From the NCBI GenBank assembly GCA_013265495.1, contig MU058252.1, positions 684,001 to 714,265 of the forward strand: a DNA stretch of 30,265 bases, read 5' to 3'. Both the position numbers and the translations under genes were made by a program. Below, one piece after another: positions 22,454 through 30,265 of this stretch. How positions within the stretch are numbered: position 1 is the first letter of the stretch; each line of letters starts with the position of its first letter. The DNA is from Vicugna vicugna (taxonomy: Eukaryota). The notes below the pieces were generated by a model that worked only from the letters and a program-made list of their open reading frames with translations, made no database searches and was not told where the DNA came from.

Positions 22454-22667
22454 GAGAGTTTCTAAGCTCAACACATCCCCATCTGGATACTCTTGTCATG
22501 GGGGCCATCCTGTGAAGTGTGGGGTGTTTTGCGGCATCTGTGGTCTCTACCAACCAGATGCCAATAGCACACACTCCCTTTCCACCCCTCAGTGGTGACA
22601 ACCCAAGATGTCTCCACTCTGCCACTTGTCCTCTAGGATCAAAATCTCCTGGTATTGAGAACCAGTG
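22454..22667 (-). mobile_element. MER20 (hAT-Charlie) DNA transposon
   Basis: gtctctaccaaccagatgccaatagcac...gtgacaacccaagatgtctcca...caaaatctcctggtattgagaaccagtg matches antisense MER20. Confidence 0.8.
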
Positions 22668-23550
22668 GTTTAAGAGGACTGTCTGTTCATGCACAAATGT
22701 TTCTCTAAGAAAATGTTACGAGAAATGTTATCAGCTCAATACATTTATAAGTTTTTCTTAGAGATTAGAATACAAAACACAACAGATGCCCTCCATTTCT
22801 GGATGTGGTGTTTCTGATATGCTCCTGTTTTCATATTCGTTGCTTTTGTTCATAACAATCTTAGGAGGTGCTGTCAGCTTCTTGGTGCGAGGGCCAGAGT
22901 CACAGTGGGTGCCAAGGTGACCCCATGGCCCACAAGGTCCTGGCGAGCGTCAAGGTGAGAGGGCAGTACAGGCACTTGAGGCTTGTCCAGTAAGGGATTC
23001 CAAGGTGGGTTCTACCTCTCAAATCATATAGATGTTTCACCTTAGAATCCTTCCTTCACCTGGCCTTCAAGTGCCACTTTTCCTTATTCCTAGAAGGCCA
23101 AGAGAAGCACGTGTACTGTAACCCAGCCCTCTTCGTTTGCCAGAAACAACTCTTAGATGGAAACAAAAGGATAACAGATCTTTGTTACTTGCACCCTGGC
23201 CACTCCACTTAAGCCAGCATGTGCAGCACTTACAGGTCTGCTCCATGCCCTGATGTGCTTGACCTGTCTGCACAACTCAAAACCCTTAAAAAAAAAAAAA
23301 GTAGGCCTGAGGTGGGGTCAGGGACCTGCAGGACATGTGTGCCTTGTGGGAAGAGAAAATGTTAACATGGTTCTTTGTAAGTGGCCCCAAACTGTCTTCT
23401 GAAGCAGAAGATACACAGCATGACTCCGATACGTCGTCCATCATCTGTGCACTCGGGTAAGCTGCACAAACGGGTGGATTGAGAACAGATACAGTTTCAA
23501 AATTGTGTTGTTTTAGCAGACTTGTTCCCTTTTTCCAAGTATTTTTTTCC

Positions 23551-24680
23551 TTTTTTTAAATTGAAGTATGGTTGATTTGCAATACTAGTTTCAGGTGTAC
23601 AGCAAAGTGATTCAGTTACACATATTCTTTTTCAGATTATTTTCCATTATAGGTTATTACAAGATATTGAATATAGTTTCCTGTGCCCTATAGTAGGTCC
23701 TTGTTGTTTATCTATTTTATACAGAATAGTGTGTATCTGTTAATACCAGACTCCTAATTTATCCCCTCTTCCCCTTTGGTAACCATAAATTTGTTTTCTA
23801 TGTCTGTGACTGTTTCTGTTTTGTAAATAAGTTCATTTCTATCATCTTTTTAAAGATTTGTCTTTCTCTGACCCTGCTTAGAATGATAATCTCTAGGTCC
23901 ATCCATGTTGCTGCAAATGCCATTATTTCATTCTTTTTTATGGTTGAGTAGTATTCCATTGTGTATATATACCACATCTTTATCCAGTCATCTGTCATTG
24001 GACACTTAGGTTGCTTCCATGTCTTGGCTATTGTAAATAGTGCTGCTGTGAATGTTGGGGTGGTATATCTTTATGAATTAGAGTTTCTTCTGGATAAATG
24101 CCCAGGAGTGGGATTGCTGGATCATATGGTAACTGTTTTTTTTAGGGAAACATCCATATTGTTCTCCATAGTGGCTGTGCAAATTTATATTCCCACCAAG
24201 TGTAGGTGAGTTCCCTTTTCTCCACACCCTCTTTATTACTTGTAGACTTTTTGATGATGGCCATTCTGACTGGTGTGAGGTGATACCTCGTAGTTTTGAT
24301 TTGCATTTCTCTAATAATTAGTGATGTTGAGCATCTTTTCATGTGTCTCTTGGCCATCTAATCAGAAATGTCTGTTTAGGTCTTCTTCCCAGTTTTTGAT
24401 TGAGTTGTTTTTTTGTTGATGTTATTATTGAGTTGTATGAATTGTTTGTATATTTTGTAAATTAAGCCCTTGTCAGTCTCATCGTTCACAAATGTTTTCT
24501 CCTATTCCACAGGTTGTCTTTTTGTTTTGTTCATGGTTTCCTTTGCTGTGCAAAAGCCTGTAAGTTTGGGTCTCATTTGTTTATTTTTGCTTTTATTTCC
24601 TTTGCCTTGGGAGGCTGAGCTAAGAAAACATTGCTATGATTTATGTCAGAGAATGTTTTGTCTATGTTCTCTTCTAGGAG
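23551..24680 (-). mobile_element. 5'-truncated L1 (ORF2 C-terminus and 3'UTR)
   Basis: ORF2 remnants WIKMWYIYTMEYYSTIKKNEIMAFAATWMDLE and [19 protein letters not shown], with a T-tail at the left end. Confidence 0.92.
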
Positions 24681-24739
24681 CCTGAAGAATTTTAATCACT
24701 GTATGTTGAAATACATAGTATTTTAAAGAAGTTCTTGAA

Positions 24740-25829
24740 CAAGATGGTAGATAGTCAGATTTATTTTAATTTTTCAATCTGCAAAAAAAAAACCCAAACA
24801 AAAAACCAAACTATACTCATATATATACAGTGTCAACATTTTCAGAGCACTTATATTAGGAAACATTGTGTTTCTCCTCAACCATATGACAATACTGTAT
24901 ATGCCACAGTAAAATTTACAAAACAATCGCGTCAGCAGTCACACAAACATCATGATTTTCATGTCAAAACACAAGAAAAAATAGACATCTTCCCGGCACT
25001 TTGTCTGCAGCCCTGCAGAGCAGGTTCCCACGTGTGCTGTTAGAAACTTCAGCTTTTAAAACCTACCAGTGGCTGTTGAGAAGTCATATCCTTTCCAGAT
25101 CCAAACTTAAATAATGAGAAATCTGCCCTTTTCAAACAACAACCAATGATTTGTTAATGGGTAGTGAAGTTTACCCACAAAAGATGTGTAAAAAATTGCA
25201 TGAAAGTAAAAATAAATAAAGCTGTTGTAAAGCAGTCTTGTTTACACTATAGTTCAGAACGGAACACTTAAACATAAAACCGTCATTAAAGTTTTATAAA
25301 GTAATTATTTATATTCAAATTATAGCTGTTCAACAAATCTAATGAAAACAAACTGATTTGGTAAAGGTTCAAAGCCATTCACGCTCCAGCAGGGTCATTT
25401 CACAAGTATGCACCCCAGTTGCGATGGGTGGGCAGTAGTGATGACATATCGCTGTTCTGACATAAGGCACTAGATCTGAATATGCCATACACTCGCCTTA
25501 TGTCATATTACCTGTTAGGTACCAGTGACTTATTTAAAATGAAAAATAATAGAAATTCAGGACAGTGCACTTTAATGACTTACAGCATTTGAACTCTTTC
25601 AGACAGCGGTCTGAAAACAGTCTTTTAATGCTAGGTTGAATCTTCAGACGCACAAGATCTTTCTTTTTTATGTTTAGTTTCAACATCACTGGAAAAAGTA
25701 CCCATCACTAAACCCTGATCCACATGCTCAGCCATTTTACTCTGTTCTCTCGCGGTCGGTGTTCATGAAGCAAAGCGCGACCAGCATCTGTGTTCAAGTT
25801 CTCCTGCAGGGCCCCTCCACTCACGGCCG
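24740..25829 (-). other. PRKAG2: PRKAG2 3'UTR (about 1.1 kb)
   Basis: Repeat-free, AU-rich sequence between the stop codon and the AATAAA at 24765-24760. The 3' end is approximate. Confidence 0.8.
24760..24770 (-). terminator. PRKAG2 polyadenylation signal (overlapping ATTAAA/AATAAA); a second ATTAAA lies at 24696-24691
   Basis: Minus strand ATTAAAATAAA, with a U-rich tract and TGTATATA (24829-24822) upstream. Confidence 0.72.
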
Positions 25830-25861
25830 TCATTCGCTTTCCGTCTCCTTCTGTTTGGCAC
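25830..25861 (-). CDS. PRKAG2: PRKAG2 (AMPK gamma-2 subunit) last coding exon: (G)AKQKETESE*
   Basis: Acceptor ...ttccgtgtcctgacag|GT GCC AAA CAG AAG GAG ACG GAA AGC GAA TGA, 32 coding nt after a phase-1 intron. It matches the recalled human C-terminus ILTPAGAKQKETETE*, with T to S at the penultimate residue. Confidence 0.92.
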
Positions 25862-26759
25862 CTGTCAGGACACGGAAAACGGGAAGTTTGAAAGTAACAC
25901 AAAAACACGCTGCAGCTGTGCAGGTCCCACAGGAGTGCACTGGTGGCTCCCCACCCCGTGGCTTCTGCCTGTCCCTGCAGTGCCTTAGGAGAAAGTCCCA
26001 GAGGCTGCAGGGGCCTGAGATGTGGTCAGTGAGCAGGTGGGTGCCGGGCTGCCCAACCCCACCTACCATCACTGCCACACACTTTTAACCCCTGTTACAT
26101 GTAATTCTAAACACACAGGGTTTAATTTGGAAAAGAGGGTTCTGTTAAAAATTTTTCAAAGAAATATGTATTTAAGTTTTAGTGAAGGTGCAGAGTATTT
26201 CTGTTGAACATACTTATAAACATGTAAAGGAAAGCACTGTAACAAGTTTAAGGAAAACTGCACATAGCACCTACTCTCATCTGGCCCAGATACTTCAATG
26301 TGGGTTGAGAGGGCAGCTACCATTTTTTTTATTACAGTAGTTTCTCTGTCTTTTCATCAGAAACTAGAAGACACTTTTATAGACTGTTAATCTCTTTGAA
26401 AGTTAAGGGGCTAAAAAAATTGTAGCTACTGCCATCAGACTGCTTATTCATTGGCTGCATGTGTAGACACTTAGGCTCGTTTGGAGTCTTGAGTTAAGTT
26501 TGACAATGAACTACTGCTAAAACTTTGAAAAAGAGAAAATCTTACTATATTGAATCAGTGTGCATTATCTGGTGAAAAAGAACCATTGGTATCTTTTATC
26601 CACATAACAGTGAATGGCTTTAAAAAGGGTCTCTTACTGATTATTCTATAAACGTCCACCCAGCAGTGCTCATCCTGGGTGTGCAAATTCTGGTGCCTAA
26701 ACAGTGTTCACATATGGTTTTGGTTTCAGCTCAAAGTACCTTTGGAGGGACAGTGGCCT

Positions 26760-26905
26760 CTATCAGGCTGTTCATTCTGTCACTGAAGGAATGGAGGCTG
26801 AGTGAGGCTGAGCAGCTGGCTGGCCCCTCTCAGCTCTTAGGGGATAGTGGGATTGGGCTAACAGGGCTGGACCTCTAGTTTGTTGCTAATATCACACCAT
26901 CCTCC
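26760..26905 (-). mobile_element. Degenerate MIR
   Basis: ctgaaggaatggaggctgagtgaggctgagcagctgg weakly resembles antisense MIR. Confidence 0.4.
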
Positions 26906-27054
26906 TTGTATGCAAGCATCTGATCTGACGGCTGCAAGCGGGTTCTGCTCTAGATGTTCACTAGTAAATCCAGTTATTAGGAACACTGAGCATTTTCCTA
27001 AATAAATAGCATTATGCACACTATATCACAAAGAATTCTAATTCAACTACCCCC

Positions 27055-28283
27055 TTTTTATTTTAAAGTACAGCCAGTTATAATGTGTCAGTTTCTGGTG
27101 TACAGCACAATGTCCCAGTCATGCATATATATACATATATTCTTTTTCATTAAAGGTTATTACAAGATATTGAATATAGTTGCCCATGCTATACAGAAAA
27201 ACCTTTTTAAAAAAACCTATTTTGATATATAGTGACTAACATTTGCAAATCTCAAACTCCTAAATTCATCTCTTCCCACCCCCTTTCCCTGGTAACCATG
27301 ATTGTTTACTATGTCTGCAAGTCTGTTTCTGTTTTGCAGATGAGTTCATAGTCTTTTTCCTCTTTTTTTAAGATTCCACATATGAGTGATAAATATTTTT
27401 TTCTCTTTCTGGGTTACTTCACTTAGAATGATGATCTCTAGGTCTATCTGTGTTGCTACAAATGGCATTATTTTATTCTTTTTATGGCAGAGTAGTATTC
27501 CATTTTAGAAATATACCACAACTTCTTTATCCAGTCATTTGTCGATGGACATTTAGGTTGCTTCCATGTCTTGACTACTGTAAACAGTGCTGCTATGAAC
27601 ATTAGGATGCAAGTATCTTTTCTCATTAGAGTTCCCTCCAGATATGTACCCAGAAGTGGGATTGCTGGATCATATGGTAAGTCTATTTTTAGTTTTTTTA
27701 GGAATCTCCGTACTGTTTTCCATAATGGTGGCACCAAACTACATTCCCACCAATAGTGTAGGAGGGTTCCCTTTTCTCCACACCCTCTTTAGCATTTATT
27801 GTTCAGAGTTTTGAATCATGGCCATTCTGACTGGTGTGAGATGATATCTCATTGTAGTTTTGATTTGTATTTCTCTGATAGTGATATTGAGCATTTTTTC
27901 ATGTGCCTATTGGCCATCTGTATGTCCTCCTTAGAGAACTGCTTGCTTAGGTCTTCTGCCTATTTTTGGATTGGGTTGTTTGTTTTTTTGTTATTAAATT
28001 GTATGAGCTGTTTATATATTCTGAAAATTAAACCTTTGTCAGTCGCATCATTTGCAAATATTTTCTCCCATTCTGTAGGTAGTTGTCTTGTTCTGCTTAT
28101 GGTTTCCTTTACTGTGCAAAAGCTTATAAGTTTAATTAGATCCCATTTGTTTACTTTTGCTTTTATTTCTATTGCCTGGGTAGACTGCCCTAGGGGAACA
28201 TTGCTGAGATTTATGTCAGAGAATGTTCTATGTTTTCTTCTAGGAGGTTTATTGTGTCTTGTCTTATATTCAAGTCTTTAAGC
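27055..28283 (-). mobile_element. 5'-truncated L1, camelid-type subfamily
   Basis: ORF2 remnant [27 protein letters not shown]. The 3' end aagtacagccagttataatgtgtcagtttctggtgtacagcacaatgtcccagtcatgc resembles alpaca/camel L1. Confidence 0.92.
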
Positions 28284-28717
28284 AACTGTCCCTATCTTTA
28301 TAACATTATTTCTATGATAACATACATTTCAAATCCAGCTGTGGAACAGGTTTCCTCCCTGCATTTTCACTAATGCTGACTTGCATTAATGACTTAGAAT
28401 TTTTGAAATATCAAATCTGGATGGAAATTTAAACTCATCCAGATGAACATTCTCATTCTTATGGCTGTGACACCAAGGCATAGAGAGGATAAAGAATTGT
28501 TTACCCTGAATTTGCAATGCACAAAGAATCTCGGCCACAGGGACAGAAGAGAGCTGATATTTGGCCTGACTCCACTGGGCGAGCTGTGTGCCTTGGCCCA
28601 GGGCCAGCCGACTGGAAAAGGGGGTGTCCTTCTGAAGGTGCCAAGTTATGTGCCTGTGGGGATAAGCCTGGAGATGGTTCCTTGTCCTAAGGTGCACAGA
28701 GGAGCCATATGGTTGCA

Positions 28718-28906
28718 CATTGATCCTTGGACAACACAGGGTTAGGGCGCTGCATACAGTGTATAGTTGGCCCTCTATGGCCTGATTCCTCTCCGTATCC
28801 GAGGTCCCACAGCTGTGGATTCAACCATGGACCGTGTAGTACTGCAGTGTTTACTACTGAAAAAAGTCTGCGTATAAGTGGAGCCGTGTTGTTCAAGGGT
28901 TAAGTG
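28718..28906 (-). mobile_element. Second Tigger2-derived MITE, opposite orientation to 14269-14490
   Basis: ttgatccttggacaacacagggttaggg...ggattcaacc...gtgtagtactgcagtgtttacta...gttgttcaagggttaagtg. Confidence 0.75.
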
Positions 28907-29163
28907 TCTATAATGTAACCACACTTCCTGCACTGGTCCTGCTTCCGTGCTCCGTGTCTGGCTGGGAGGCTCGTCAGGGTCAAATACAGCTGCATGTTCA
29001 CTGTCAATGCAGTCCAGCAGATGAACAGAGTGCAATCTACTGATTCTCCTACTCAAAGATATCTGGGTTACTTCTAGTTTTAGTTTATTACAAGTAATGC
29101 TATGAACAAGCTCACATTCTTTTTGTCATTTGATCATTTCATGATTGTAGAGATTATCATGAG

Positions 29164-29518
29164 CCGTGAAAAAAAATGAAATCCTGCCATTTTCAACAAC
29201 ACGGATGGACTTTGAGGATATTATTGCTAATAAATAAAAGAAGTTAGACAGAGAAAAGCTAAGTATCATATGATTTTGTTCATATATGGAATCTAAAAAA
29301 ACCCCACACCCAAAACCAGTGAACAAACAAAACAACACACAGATACAGAGATCAGGTTACTAGATACCAGAGGGGAAGGGGGCTGGGGATGGGTGAAGTG
29401 AGTGAAGGGGTCAACTGTATGGTGACGGATGGTGGCGAGCCCTGTGGTGGTCACTGTGTAGTGCATACACATGCTGAGCTGCAATGCTGTACCCCTGAAA
29501 CTTACAATAATTAAAAAA
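29164..29518 (+). mobile_element. 5'-truncated L1 3' end (L1MA9-like) with perfect 13-bp TSD
   Basis: aatgaaatcctgccatttt...atggactttgagg...A-tail. TSD agattatcatgag at 29151-29163 and 29519-29531. Confidence 0.88.
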
Positions 29519-30265
29519 AGATTATCATGAGTTTCAGGGTCTAACATCTGAAGTTTGAAAATGATTGCAGCAAACACCATCTCTAGAGTTTCTGATCAGT
29601 AGACGTGGGCTTCTAACCATTTCCAGGGCTTGCTGAGTCCCCGCTCGGCTGGAACCACACCCAGTGCTCAGTGCTGCCTGCTTCTCGCTGGCAGGGGGAT
29701 TCCTTCAGGGCGGGTATCTTCAGTTACAGACCAGCTGTGAAAACCAGTCTTAGCTAATTTGACTGATTTCTGAACTAAAGAAAAATCAATACCCTCGTAA
29801 GTGTACACTTTAATGTTTACCTTCTAAGAGTTCAAAGTGCACATGAGTTAGTCTCCCATCTTGGCCTTGATCTCTCGGGCCCAATCTGGGTTGTTTGTAC
29901 TTAGTGCTGGGGGGGGGGAGGGCTGGTGGTTTTAGGACCCCTTCAGCCATTACACTAGTAAACACGTGACACAAGGAAAACCAACTCCTCCTTTCTAAAG
30001 CCCCTCCTCCACCTTCACACGCTCCTTGACTGTGACTTGAGGGTTTGCTTAGAGTGAATCTGGCAGAAAATGAGTTCAGTCACCAGCGTTGTCTGGCAGT
30101 GAATATAGCTTCCATACACTTCTGTTGGAAAAAAGTTTGTTTAGGGCATTTGATTTATACACTCAAAACACTAGTAAGCTTTTTTTTTTTTTGGATAGAT
30201 GGTTTCAATAAAAAGACCCCAAAGAATCTCCCTCCTGTTTTCCGGTTAGTAGTTCTAAAAATACA

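Larger units (their letters stand above)
25862..30265 (-). other. PRKAG2: PRKAG2 last intron (partial)
   Basis: Upstream of the terminal-exon acceptor. The penultimate exon ([31 protein letters not shown]) was not found in the window. Confidence 0.75.

Noticed and set aside
23390..23465. Possible plus-strand micro-exon ending CGG|GTAAGC
   Set aside because: The acceptor is weak, the product is unrecognisable, and there is no supporting context.
25455..25510. SECIS element or pre-miRNA in the PRKAG2 3'UTR hairpin
   Set aside because: The AUGA is Watson-Crick paired rather than forming the GA/GA core, and there is no apical AA motif. The stem is too short for a pre-miRNA.
23798..28281. ORFs at 23798-24685 and 27468-28281 as host genes
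   Set aside because: They are broken L1 ORF2 remnants or their antisense frames.
1..30265. CRISPR arrays, tRNA/rRNA genes, prokaryotic or viral cargo systems
   Set aside because: I saw no regularly spaced repeat-spacer arrays, structured RNA genes or long intact ORFs. The sequence is explained by a mammalian gene locus plus transposons.

Overview
Mammalian genomic DNA, probably camelid (camelid-type L1 3' ends; no Alu, B1, Bov-A/BovB, PRE, CHR or CAN SINEs noticed). It matches the conserved PRKAG2-RHEB locus, with both genes on the minus strand. The last exon of PRKAG2 (coding tail ...GAKQKETESE* at 25830-25861, 3'UTR to about 24740) lies about 12.5 kb upstream of a CpG-island promoter and first exon of RHEB (about 12220 to 11784). 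Positions 1-11783 are RHEB intron 1. The rest is transposon-rich: L1, L2, MIR, MaLR and ERV1 LTRs, Charlie, MER20 and Tigger. The main anomaly is RHEB exon 1: it matches the expected 5'UTR and ATG CCG CAG T, then lacks the remaining ~42 coding nt and the splice donor. The break sits at the base of a perfect 18-bp GC inverted repeat, so it is either an assembly or sequencing dropout or a null allele. Other points are a multi-uORF RHEB leader, a candidate divergent promoter, a miR-124 8mer inside a PRKAG2 3'UTR hairpin, and a nested MER41-like LTR. Gene and repeat identities come from recalled sequences, not database searches. I found no prokaryote-type system.
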